A stretch of DNA of 64,000 nt, from assembly GCA_963788035.1 (NCBI GenBank), contig CAWBFC010000004.1, positions 17,752 through 81,751 of the forward strand, read 5' to 3'. A program made the translations under genes and the position numbers. Below, piece by piece: positions 20,197-30,900 of the stretch. This DNA comes from an uncultured beta proteobacterium (GTDB taxonomy: Bacteria; Pseudomonadota; Gammaproteobacteria; Burkholderiales; Burkholderiaceae_C). The notes beneath the pieces were generated by a model that was given only the letters and a program-made list of their open reading frames with translations, had not been told where the DNA came from and ran no database searches. Positions within the stretch are counted from its first letter, which is position 1, and the number at the start of each line of letters is the position of its first letter.

Positions 20197-22410
20197 ATGG
20201 CCCTCACCGTGCTGCTCGGCATCGCCGCGCTGCTGTTCCATGCCGCGGCCGCGCGCGCCGCCACGGCGCCCAGCCTGGCGGGCGAACCGCGCCACGCGCT
20301 GGTGATAGGCAACGCCGACTACCTCAGCGCCCCGCTGCTGAACCCCGCCAACGACGCCGCTGCCGTGGCCAAGGTGCTGGAGAAGGCCGGTTTCAAGGTC
20401 GACCTCAAGGTCAACGCCACGCAAAAGCAGATGCAGGAGGCGGTGACCTTGTTTGGCGATCGCCTCAAGGCCGGCGGCGCCGGCTTGTTTTATTTCGCCG
20501 GTCACGGCGTGCAGATCAAGGGCCGCAACTTCATGCTGCCCGTGGGCAGCACCATCGCCCGCGAAGACGAGGTGCCCTACAAGGCCGTCGACGTGCAGCA
20601 GGTGCTGGACAAGATGGACACGGCCAAGAACCGCATCAACATGGTGGTGCTCGACGCCTGCCGCGACAACCCTTTTGCAAAGCAGACACGCAGCACCGGC
20701 GGTGGCGGCCTGTCTCAGGTGGATGCGCCCATCGGCTCCCTGATCGCCTTTGCCACGGCGCCCGGCAGCGTGGCCAGCGACGGCCGCAATGCGAACGGCC
20801 TGTACACACAGCACCTGCTGGCCAACATCGAACGCGCAGGCACGCCCATCGAAGACGTTTTCAAGCGTGTGCGCCTGGGCGTGCGCCTGGACAGCAACGG
20901 CAGCCAGGTACCCTGGGAGAGCACCTCGCTGGAGGGCGATTTCTACTTCTTCCCCGCCGCCCCCGGCACCAAGAGCGGCCCGACCACACTGCCCCCGCCG
21001 CCGGGCATCGAGCAGATGGCGCGCGTGGAGCGCGCCTACGAGCTGCTGCGCCAGGGCCAGATCGACGACGCCGACCGCATCTTCCGCGCACTGGCCGGTG
21101 CCAGCCACGCCGACGTGGCCTGGATGGGCCGCGAAGGCGTGGCCGAGGTGCTGCTGGCGCGCGGCGACAGCAGCGCGGCGCTGGCCGAAGCGAACCAGAT
21201 CATCGCCAAGGCGCCCACGCGCAGCGCGGCCTACCTCATCCGCGGCCGTGCGCTCTCGGCCGCGGGCCAGGCGCAGGATGGCCAAGCCGCGCTGCAGCAG
21301 GCCGCCGGCGCGCAGACCGTGGCCGATTTCGGCTGGCAGAAAGCAGAGGCGCTGGTGGCCGTGGGCAATGTGCAGCGCAAGCACGACCCCAAACTGGCGG
21401 CCAAGACCTACGAGCGTGCCGTGCGCGAGAACCCGCTGTCGGTGGCCGCACTCAGCAACATGGCCGTGGCCCTGAACGACAGCGGCGAAGCCGCCAAGGC
21501 CCGCGCCGTGCTGGAACGGGCGCAGGCGCTCGACCCCACCGATGCCGTGACCATCGCCCTGCTGCGCCAGACGCAGGAAAACCTGGCCGCCGATCAAGAC
21601 CGACAACGCCAGCGCGCCATCGACGAATCGGTGCAGGAGCTGGCCGCGCGTTTCCGCAACCCGGCGCCACGCCCTGCCAACGCAGGCGCGCCCGACGACT
21701 GGACCTCGCCGGCCCTGGCGCTGAGCGTGCTGCCCTTCCAAGACCTCACCCTGCCCGGCAGCACCGGCCGTGTGGGCCTGGAAGCGTTGTTGCAGCAAGA
21801 AGTGATACGCGAACTGCAGGCCCGCGGCTACACGATGGTCGAGCGCCGGCTGCTCGACAAGGTGCTGGCCGAGGTGAAGCTGGGCTCGTCGGAACTGGCC
21901 GACCAGGACACGCAGATCCGCCTGGGCAAGGTGCTGGCGGCGCGGCTGATGATTTCGGGCGCACTCAGCCCGCAAGGCAGCGGGGCCCATCCGGCGGTTG
22001 GCGCCACCGTGCGGGCCATCGACACCGAAACCACGCAGTTGGCGATGGTGAAGGCCGAACGCCCTGCGGCCGGGCCTTTCAACCCGGCCGCGCTGGCCGC
22101 CAGCATCGCGCAGAGCGTGGCCCAGGCCATCGCCGAGAAGTACCCGCTGAAAGGTCGCCTCGTGCAGGTGGACGGCGAGGTGGCCATCATCAACCTCGGC
22201 AAGAAACACGGCGTGGCGCCGGGCCAGCAGTTCAACGTGCTGAGCCAGGGCCAGCCCATCGAGTTGAACGGCCGCGTCCTCGGCTACCGCGAGAGCCGCA
22301 TCGCCCAGATCACCGTCACCGAGGTGCAGGATCTGCTTTCGTTCGGCCGCGTGGCCGGTGTGCAGGCCCCGCTGGCGCAGAACCAGAGAATCATCGCGCG
22401 CAAGGAATGA
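20197..22410 (+). CDS. Secreted caspase (C14) family peptidase with TPR repeats and a C-terminal CsgG/LpoB-like module
   Basis: Signal peptide MALTVLLGIAALLFHAAAARAA (Met-44 of ORF-track 20068). Caspase His/Cys dyad context is LFYFAGHGVQ and MVVLDACRDNPF. TPR-like helices span ~21000-21650. The module LSVLPFQDL...MVERRLLDKVLAEVKLGSSELAD...LGKVLAARLMISG follows. The start is uncertain (20068, 20131 or 20197). Confidence 0.8.
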   Translation: MALTVLLGIAALLFHAAAARAATAPSLAGEPRHALVIGNADYLSAPLLNPANDAAAVAKVLEKAGFKVDLKVNATQKQMQEAVTLFGDRLKAGGAGLFYFAGHGVQIKGRNFMLPVGSTIAREDEVPYKAVDVQQVLDKMDTAKNRINMVVLDACRDNPFAKQTRSTGGGGLSQVDAPIGSLIAFATAPGSVASDGRNANGLYTQHLLANIERAGTPIEDVFKRVRLGVRLDSNGSQVPWESTSLEGDFYFFPAAPGTKSGPTTLPPPPGIEQMARVERAYELLRQGQIDDADRIFRALAGASHADVAWMGREGVAEVLLARGDSSAALAEANQIIAKAPTRSAAYLIRGRALSAAGQAQDGQAALQQAAGAQTVADFGWQKAEALVAVGNVQRKHDPKLAAKTYERAVRENPLSVAALSNMAVALNDSGEAAKARAVLERAQALDPTDAVTIALLRQTQENLAADQDRQRQRAIDESVQELAARFRNPAPRPANAGAPDDWTSPALALSVLPFQDLTLPGSTGRVGLEALLQQEVIRELQARGYTMVERRLLDKVLAEVKLGSSELADQDTQIRLGKVLAARLMISGALSPQGSGAHPAVGATVRAIDTETTQLAMVKAERPAAGPFNPAALAASIAQSVAQAIAEKYPLKGRLVQVDGEVAIINLGKKHGVAPGQQFNVLSQGQPIELNGRVLGYRESRIAQITVTEVQDLLSFGRVAGVQAPLAQNQRIIARKE

Positions 22411-23156
22411 AGACGCTCCGCACGCCGCCCGCCCCGTTCGCATCCTTCGCCCTGCGACGTGCCCGGGTGGGCTGCATGCTGGCTGGCGTGCTGGCCGCGG
22501 TGGTGCTGGCGCCTCCGGCCCGGGCCCAGGCCGATGCGCTGCCGGCGGTGGTGGTGTGGGACTACGAAAACCAGAGCGCCCTGGCTGCGCCGCCTGCCGA
22601 GCAGACCGGATACCTCAAACGCGCGCTGTCCGAAAGCCTCACCGCTACCTTGCTGCAGGTGGCCGGCCTGCCGGTGGTGGAGCGCCAGCGCCTGAAAGAC
22701 TTGCTGGCCGAACAGAAGCTCGGCAGTTCGGCCCTGGCGGACGATGAGGCGCGCCTGCGGCTGGGCAAGATCGTCGGCGCCCAGCGCATGGTCTTCGGCG
22801 GCTTCTTCGTGCTGGGCGAGCAGGTGCAGGTGCATGTGCGCGTGGTCGATACCGCCACCTCGCGCGTGTTGTTTTCCGACGAAGCCGTGGCACCGCTGGC
22901 GGCGGTGATGGCGCAGGTGGGGCCGCTGAACCAGCGCCTGGCGCGCGCGCTGGGCGGGGCCGCGGGGGCCCAGGCCCGCACCGGCAGCCACGGCGCCGCG
23001 CTGTGGCAGGCCTACGACCGCGCCCTGGCCCTGGCCGATGCCGGCAGCTTTGACGACGCCATAGGCGCGCTGCAGCAGTTGTTGGCCGTAGACAAGACTT
23101 TTGTGCCCGCAGAGCGACAACTCGTGGCCCTGCTGGAACGCGCGGCAAGACGGTAA
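22407..23156 (+). CDS. Periplasmic CsgG/LpoB-like module protein with a short TPR-like tail
   Basis: Signal peptide CMLAGVLAAVVLAPPARAQA. Contains VVVWDYENQS...LPVVERQRLKDLLAEQKLGSSALADDEARLRLGKIVGAQRMVFGGF, paralogous to the caspase protein's C-terminal module. Its ATG overlaps the previous stop (ATGA 22407-22410). Confidence 0.6.
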   Translation: MKTLRTPPAPFASFALRRARVGCMLAGVLAAVVLAPPARAQADALPAVVVWDYENQSALAAPPAEQTGYLKRALSESLTATLLQVAGLPVVERQRLKDLLAEQKLGSSALADDEARLRLGKIVGAQRMVFGGFFVLGEQVQVHVRVVDTATSRVLFSDEAVAPLAAVMAQVGPLNQRLARALGGAAGAQARTGSHGAALWQAYDRALALADAGSFDDAIGALQQLLAVDKTFVPAERQLVALLERAARR

Positions 23157-23235
23157 CGCGGGCGTAACGCACCGCCGCCTACGCTGCATGCTGGACACTG
23201 CCCGAACGACCGCCTTCTGCCGCGCCCCGCTCCCC

Positions 23236-24981
23236 ATGCACAGGACGACGATGCCACCCACCTTCTTCCGGCGCCAGCCTCTGCAACGGCCGCCGATGCG
23301 CCTCCGGCCCGCGTGTCTGGCGCTTGCCGCCGCCGTGGCACTGCCCGCCTGGGCCCAGAGCCCGCCCGATGCGGGGCGTCTGCTCGAACAGACCCGCCCA
23401 CCGGCCCTGCCGACGCTGCCGCCGGCCGCGCCGCCGCGCGTGGTCGACCTGCCGGTACGCCCCACCCTGACGCTGCCCGAGGGCGCCACCGTGCAGGCCC
23501 GCAGTTTCCGCGTCAGCGGCGCCCGCTCCTACCCGGCCGAGATGCTGGCCGAGATGCTCAAGCCCTGGCTGGGACGCCAGCTCGACCTGAACGGCCTGAA
23601 TGAAGCTGCCGGCGCCCTCACCCGCCACTACCAGCGCAACGGCCACCTGCTGAGTTATGCCTACATCCCGGCCCAGCGCGTTGCCGACGGGGTGATCGAG
23701 ATCGCGGTGCTGGAAGGCCAACTCGAGGCCGTGCAGATCGTCACCGCACAAGACGTGCGCCTGCGCGACGAGGTCATCCAGGCCCACACCGACCGCCTGG
23801 CCACACGCGCCGAAGCGCCGCAGCCGGTTCTGCTGGCCGACGTCGAGCGTCAGATGTTGCTGCTCAATGACATCGCGGGTGTCACCGCCCGCGCGGCCTT
23901 CACGCCCGGCGCACGCACGGGCGGCGCCGACATGGTGGTGTCGGTGGCCGAAGACGAACCCCTGGGGCTGCGCGTGACCGTCGACAACCACGGCACCCGT
24001 TCCACGGGCGAGTTGCGCGCCGGCGTCGGCCTGCAGCTGCGTGACCTGTTCGGCTGGGGCGACCAGACCGACGCCCGCGCCATGGTCTCGCACAAGGGCG
24101 GACTGGTCAGCGGCTCGCTGGGCACCCTGGTGCCCGTCGGCGGTGACGGCCTGCGCCTGGGCGCGAGCCTGTCGCGCCTGAGCTACCAGCTGGCCGGCAG
24201 TTTCAGCGAACTGGGTGCGACCGGCCATGCCAACACCTTCGGCGTGGAACTCAGCTACCCGCTCATCCGCTCGACCGACACCAACCTCGGCCTGCGCGTG
24301 GCCGGCGAAATGAAGCAGCTGCGCGACGAAGTGCAGCTGGTCGGCCGCAGCGTGCCCAAGCGCAACGACACGCTGGAAGCCACGCTCAGTTTCGACCGCC
24401 GCGACGGCTGGGGCGGCGTGTCGGCCGGCCGCGTGACGGCCGCGATGGGATCACTGCGCCTGCTCGACGACAACCAGCGCGGGGCCGACGCCACCGGCCT
24501 GAAAACAGCGCGCGGGTACAGCAAGCTGGGCTTCCAGCTGCTGCGGCAGCAGGCTTTGAGCGGCCCCTTCAGCCTGGCGCTGCGCCTGGCCGGGCAGGCC
24601 AGCGGCGGCAATCTCGACAGCTCCGAAAAATTCAGCCTGGCAGGCCCGGGCGCCGTGCGTGCCTACGCGCCCGGCGAAGCCTCGGTGGACCAGGGTGCGC
24701 TGCTCAGTCTGGAGGCGCGCTACGCCTTGGCCTACCTTGGGGGCGGCGTCACCTGGGGCCTGTTCCACGACCGTGCCGAAGGCCGCATCAACCGCCAGCC
24801 GACACCGCTGCTGGTGGCCGGCAACGAAGTGCGCCTGTCGGGCACCGGGTTCACGGTGCAGTGGCAGGGTGCCGATCTCGGCCTCAGCGCCTCGATTGCC
24901 TGGCGCGGCACACGCACCCCGACGGCCGAAGGCGCCGACCCCAAACCCCGCGTTTACCTGCAAGTCGTGCTGTCGCCATGA
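23236..24981 (+). CDS. TpsB (ShlB/FhaC/HecB family) two-partner-secretion outer-membrane transporter
   Basis: Signal peptide RPACLALAAAVALPAWAQ. POTRA region is FRVSGARSYPAEMLAEMLKPWLGRQLDLNGLNEAAGALTRHYQRNGHLLSYAYIPAQRVADGVIEIAVLEG. A long beta-barrel follows, ending YLQVVLSP. Start candidates are 23188, 23236, 23251 and 23296. Confidence 0.85.
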   Translation: MHRTTMPPTFFRRQPLQRPPMRLRPACLALAAAVALPAWAQSPPDAGRLLEQTRPPALPTLPPAAPPRVVDLPVRPTLTLPEGATVQARSFRVSGARSYPAEMLAEMLKPWLGRQLDLNGLNEAAGALTRHYQRNGHLLSYAYIPAQRVADGVIEIAVLEGQLEAVQIVTAQDVRLRDEVIQAHTDRLATRAEAPQPVLLADVERQMLLLNDIAGVTARAAFTPGARTGGADMVVSVAEDEPLGLRVTVDNHGTRSTGELRAGVGLQLRDLFGWGDQTDARAMVSHKGGLVSGSLGTLVPVGGDGLRLGASLSRLSYQLAGSFSELGATGHANTFGVELSYPLIRSTDTNLGLRVAGEMKQLRDEVQLVGRSVPKRNDTLEATLSFDRRDGWGGVSAGRVTAAMGSLRLLDDNQRGADATGLKTARGYSKLGFQLLRQQALSGPFSLALRLAGQASGGNLDSSEKFSLAGPGAVRAYAPGEASVDQGALLSLEARYALAYLGGGVTWGLFHDRAEGRINRQPTPLLVAGNEVRLSGTGFTVQWQGADLGLSASIAWRGTRTPTAEGADPKPRVYLQVVLSP

Positions 24982-27900
24982 CGCGCCTCGGCGCCGCCCC
25001 CCTGACGCCCGCCGCTCGGAGCCCTGCCATGCCCACCCGCCCCGCCCTCGCCGCCCCCTCCTCCCAGGCCCCCGCTGCGTCGCGGGCTGCGCGCCGCCGC
25101 GCGCCGCGGCTGCGCACCCGCCTGCTGCGACTTTCGCGGCTGCTGGCCTGGCTGCTGGCGGCCTGGGCCGGCCCCGGCACGCTGGCGCTGGCGCAGGTGG
25201 CCCCCGGCAGCCTGCCGGGCGGTGCTCAGGTGGTGGTGGGCAGCGGCACGCTGGTACACAGCCCGAACTTGCTGGTGATCCAGCAGAACACCGCCAGGCT
25301 GGGCCTGGACTGGCAGAGCTTCAACATCGGCAGCGGTGCCACGGTCGAGTTCCGCCAGCCCAGCGCCAGCTCGGTGGCCCTGAACCGCGTGCTGGGCCAC
25401 AGCGGCACAGAGATCTATGGCCAGCTGCGCGCCAATGGCCAGGTCTTCCTGAGCAACCCCAACGGCGTGCTCTTTGCGCCCGGCGCGCGTGTCGACGTCG
25501 GTGGCCTGGTGGCCAGCACGCTCGACCTGACCCAGCAAGACTTCGCTGCCGGCCGCTACGTGTTCACCGCCACCACCGCCGGCGCGCCGGGCAGCACGGT
25601 GCGCAACCAGGGCCAGCTGAATGCCAGCACCGGCGGCTATCTCGCGCTCTTTGGCCAGCAGGTGGTGAACGAAGGCGGCATGCAGGTCGACGCCGGCGCG
25701 GTGGTGCTGGCCTCCGGACGGGCGGCCACGGTCAGCATCAGCGGCAGCGGGCTGGTCTCGGCGGCCGTCACGCCCGGCCTGCTGGCCGGCCAGGTCGACA
25801 ACGCCGGGCGTATCAGCTCCGACGGCGGCGTGGTCACGCTGAGCGCGAAGTCGGCGCAGGACGTCGCGGCATCGCTCGTCAACAACACCGGCATCGTGCG
25901 CGCCAACACCCTGGTGGAGCGGGCTGGTGAAATCTGGATCACCGGCGACCACGTGGCCAGCAGCGGCACGCTGGTGGCTGCGGCGCCGGCTGGCGGTGAT
26001 GCCGGCCGCATCAGCGTGAAGGGGGGCATGGCCGAGGGCCGCCTCGCGATGGCCGGGCGGGTGGACGTCAGCGCCGCGGCAGGCCGCGGCGGCCAGGTCG
26101 AAACCTCGGCCGCGCAGGTCGGCATCGCCCGCGACACGCGCGTGGACAGCCGCGGCGGCACCGCCACCGGCTCGTGGCTCATCGACCCCACCGACCTCAC
26201 CATCGCCGCCGGCAGCGGCGCGCAGACCGCCTCGGGCATCGGCGCCGACACGTTGGCAGGCAACCTGGGCACCACCAACGTCACGCTGGCCACGGCCAGC
26301 ACCGGCAGCGAAGCCGGCGACATCCACGTCAATGCCGATGTCGCCTGGAGCAGCAACAACAGCCTCACGCTGCAGGCCAGCCGCGACGTCAACCTCAACG
26401 CCAGCCTGATTGCCACCGGCGCCAGCGCCGGGCTCGTGCTCAGCCCGGGCACGGGCGGGGCGCTGCGCATCAACACCACCGACACGCTCAGCCCCAAGGT
26501 CACGCTGAGCGGCGCCAACGCCACGTTGAGCATCGCCAACCAGGCCTACACGCTGGTGCGCGACGTGGCCGGCCTGCAGGCCATGCAAAGCGGTCTGGCC
26601 GGGCGCTACGCACTGGCCGTCGACCTCGACGCCAGCAGCACCGCCACCAACGGCTTCACGCCCATCGGCAACGAAGCCGCCACCAGCGTCACGACGACCA
26701 ACGCCTTCACCGGCACCTTCGAAGGCCTGGGCCACAGCATCAGCGGCCTGACAATCAACCGCAGCGGCAGCAGCGCGAATGCCGTGGGCCTGTTCGCCAC
26801 CACCAACAACGCCACGCTGCGCAACGTGCAGCTGGTGGGCGGCGCCGTCAGCGGGCGGCTCTTCGTGGGCGCCGTGGCCGGCTACACCAACGGCAGCACC
26901 ACGCTCACCAACGTGCGCAGCAGCGCCACGGTGGCGGCCACCACCACCGACGGCAACACCGTGCGCGTGGGCGGCCTGGTCGGGCTGATGGGGGGCAGCA
27001 ACGGCGCTGCCGGCGTCAGCGACAGCGTGGCCACGGGCGCGGTCAGCGCCAGCGTGGCCAACAGCACGACCGTCAACGCCGGTGGCTTGGTGGGCGAGGT
27101 CGATGTCGGCAGCCTCAGCCGTGTGCGCAGCACGGGTGCGGTGACAGCCGGCCTCTCGGCCGGCACCAACGACAGCGGCATCACCGCCGGCGGCTTGGTG
27201 GGCCGCCACAGCGGCGGCGCGATCAGCGTTGCCACCGCCACCGGCAACGTCAGCGGGGGCCGCTACGTCGGCGGCCTGGTGGGCTACCTCGACGCCGGCA
27301 GCGTCACCGGGGCACGCGCCGAAGGCCAGGTTTCGGCCAACGGCGACGCCGGCGGGCTGTTCGGCTTGGCCACGGGAACGGGTTCCCTGGCCGATGTGGC
27401 AGCGCTGGGCCCCGTGAGCTCTTCGCTCAGCAACTACAGCGTCGGCGGTGCCGTGGGCTACCTGGCCATGACAGGTTCGCTCACCGGCATCACCGCGGCG
27501 GGCAACGTCAGCGGCGGCATCTACACGGGCGGCGTGATCGGCTACTACAACCCGGCCACCGCCGTCTCGGCCGCCACGGTGGGCAGCGTGAACCACGCCA
27601 GCAAAACCATCACCGGCGGTTCCTGGGTGGGCGGCTTCATCGGCTACATGAACCAGGCCGCGGCGCTCAGCGGGCTCAGCGCCTCGTCCACGGTCGTCGC
27701 CACGGGCACGGGGGGCGCCGTGGGCGGCGTCGTCGGGCGCAGCAGCGGTGCGGTGTCGGGCAGTTCGGCAGGCGGCAGCGCCAGCGGCCCGGGCACGGTA
27801 GGCGGCCTCGTGGGCGTTGCCTCGGGTGCGGGCGGCATGAGCACATCGAGCGCCAGCACCACCGTCACCGGCACCGGCACGGGCGGTGAAGTGGGCGGGC

Positions 27901-30900
27901 TGGTCGGCCGCTACAACAACAGCGGCAACCTCGATGGTGGCAGCGCCAGTGGCGCGGTGCAGGGCGGCACGGGCGGCGCCGCCGTGGCCGGCGGCCTGGT
28001 GGGCACCTTCGACAGCAGCGCCAGCCTCGTCAACGGCAGCACCGCCACCACCAGCACGGTGAGCGGTGCGGGCGACACCGGCGGGCTTGTCGGGCAGGCC
28101 TTCGGCTCGGGCACGGCGGCCGTCACTGGGGCCACGGTGCGGGGCACCGTCACTGGCGGCACCACGGGCAGCTTGGGCGGCCTGGCCGGTGAGTTCTCGA
28201 TGCCCGGCGGCTGGAGCGGCGTCACGGTCGAAGGGGCGGTCAGCGGCGGCACCTACGCCGGGGGCCTGGTGGGCTACTACAGCAGCAGCGCGGCCATCAC
28301 CAGCGGCAGCTACACGCCGGCCGCGGTCAGCGGTGTTTCCTTCGCGGGCGGCATCGTCGGCTACATGGCCACCACAGCGGCCATCAGCGGCCCCTCCTCG
28401 GCCAGCCCGTGGGTGATCACGACCCAGGTCACCGCCACTGGCACCAGCGGCGCCGCAGGCGGCCTGGCCGGCCGCACCGCAGGCAGCGTTGCCAACATCC
28501 GCACCACCGGCAGCGTGGCCAGCGGCGACGACGCCGGCGGCGTGATCGGCCGCGCCGATGGCGCGGGCACATTGACGCAGCTGCACGCCACGGGCTCTGT
28601 CAGCACCAGCAACACGGCCTCGAGCGTGGGCGGCGTGGTGGGCCTGCTTTCCAGCTCCGGCGCCTTCAACAACGCCACGGGCGGCGGCACGGTCTCGGGC
28701 GGCCGCTATGGCGGCGGCGTCATCGGCTATTTCAGCGGCAGCGCAACGCTGCAGACGCTGCGCGGCGAAGGCGCTGTCAACAGCGCGGGCGATGCCGGCG
28801 GCGTGCTCGGCTTTGCCAGCGGCAGTGGCTCCATCAGCGACGCCGATGGCCTGGGCACCGTGACCAGCAGCGACACCGCCAGCTACAGCGTGGGCGGCGC
28901 CATCGGCTATTTCAACCTCAGCGGCGGCCTCAGCGACATCACCGCCGCGGGCAACGTGAATGGCGGCGCCCACACCGGCGGTGTGATCGGCTACCACGCC
29001 ACCGCCAGCGCGCTGACCAGCACCTCGCTGAGCTACACCAACAGCGCCAGCCGCACCGTGACCGGCGCCTACTGGGTGGGTGGACTGATCGGCTACAGCA
29101 ACGCCAGCAGCATCACGGGGCTCGGCTCGGCAGCCGCCGTGGCGGTGAGCGGCACCTCGGCGTCCGCCGCGGCGGGCGGCTTGGCCGGCCGCACGGCCGG
29201 CGCAGTGAGCTCCAGTTCGGCCAGCGGCAACGTCACCTCGCCGGGCCGGGCCGGCGGGCTGGTTGGGCAGGCCGAAGGCAACCACAGCTTCACCGACACC
29301 ATCGCCACCGGCGCGGTCAGCGGCCTCAGCGCTGCCGGCGGACTGATCGGCTACGTGTCGAGCAACACGACCTTGCTTCGCGCCGGCGCCTCGGGCACCG
29401 TCTTCACGCGCGACGCCGGCGGCGGCCTCGTCGGCCAGCACAACGGCGGCGCCATCACCGACAGCAATGCCAGCGGGTCGGTCACCGGCCTCAGCGACAG
29501 CACCGTGTATCTCGGTGGCCTGGTCGGACAGTACGGCTCAGGCTGCTACTACTGCACGCCGGGGGCGGGCTTCACCATCACCAACAGCCATGCCACAGGC
29601 TCTGTGCGCGCCGATGCCAGCGGCATCTACGCCGGCGGCCTGGTGGGTTATGTCTATTCGGGGGTGCTGAACAACGTCAGCGCCAGCGGCAGCGTGACCG
29701 CCGTGGACGCGGTTTCATCGAGCAGCAACGAGATGATCGGGGGCCTGGTCGGCTATTTCGGCAACTACAACCAAAGCGGCTCCATCAGCGGCAGCAACGC
29801 CAGCGGCGCCGTCAGCGGTGGTTACTACAGCGGCGGGCTGGTCGGCTACTACATCGGCGGCGCCATCAGCAACAGTGGCGCCACGGGCTCGGTGACGGGC
29901 GGCATCGAAACCGGCGGCCTCATCGGCTATGCCAATCTCTACGGGCCGATGCAGGACGTCTCGGCCTCGGGCGCGGTGACCGCGGCCTTGAACACCAGCA
30001 CCTACACACGCGTCGGCGGTCTCGTCGGGCGCATGTATTTCTACACCGCCGACAACGTGACCGGCGGCGCCCTCACCAACGGCTCGGCCAGCGGCGCCGT
30101 GACCGCGCCCACCGACAGCGGCGAAATCGGCGGGCTCATCGGCTTCCTGGGCGCCTACAACGCCGAGGCCGGCCCCGTGAACGACAGCCGCGCCACCGGC
30201 AAGGTCACCGGCGGCAACCTCAGCGGCGGGCTGATCGGTTACTTCGACAACGGCAGCGGTCACTCGGCTTTGCTCAACAGCACGGCCAGCGGTGCCGTCA
30301 GCGGCGGCACCTACAGCGGCGGGCTGGTGGGCTACTACCAGCGTTCAGCCGCCACCGGCCGCGCTGACGACATCACCAACAGTTCGGCCAGCGGTGACGT
30401 GACCGGCTCGTACTTTGCCGGCGGCCTGGTCGGCTACTTCGACGGCCGCCACGGCATCGTGGGCAGCCACGCCACCGGCCAGGTGATCGGCAACAACGCC
30501 GTCAACGACAAATTCCTCGGCGGCCTGGTCGGCTACTTCTACGCCCGCCACACCAGCAGCAGCAACCTTGCCGACATCCACGCCAGCTACGCCACCGGCG
30601 CGGTCAGCCTGGCACCGGGCAGTACCCTGGGCACCTTCGCCGATGTCTATGCCGGCGGGCTGGTGGGCTATCTGGCCGGGCAATCGGCCGGCGCGGCCGT
30701 GGTCGATGCCTACGCGACGGGCGCTGTCACCGTGGCCGCCAGCAGCGGGCGCTTCTACGCCGGGGGCCTGGTGGCTTACGCCAGCGCGGGGCAGAACGTG
30801 CTGCGTGGCTACGCCAGCGGTGCCGTCTCGGCCACGGGTGGCAACACGCGCAGCACGGGCGGCCTGCTGGCCGGCCGCAGCGCCACCACCTCAACCGTGA

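Noticed and set aside
19759-22443. 894-aa minus-strand ORF covering the caspase gene region
   Set aside because: It is the antisense shadow of a well-supported plus-strand gene. The product is Arg/Gly/Ala/His-rich (for example GQRGRVERPGRRAFGLHHRQLRGFG), has no recognisable motifs, and has the wrong GC3 phase.
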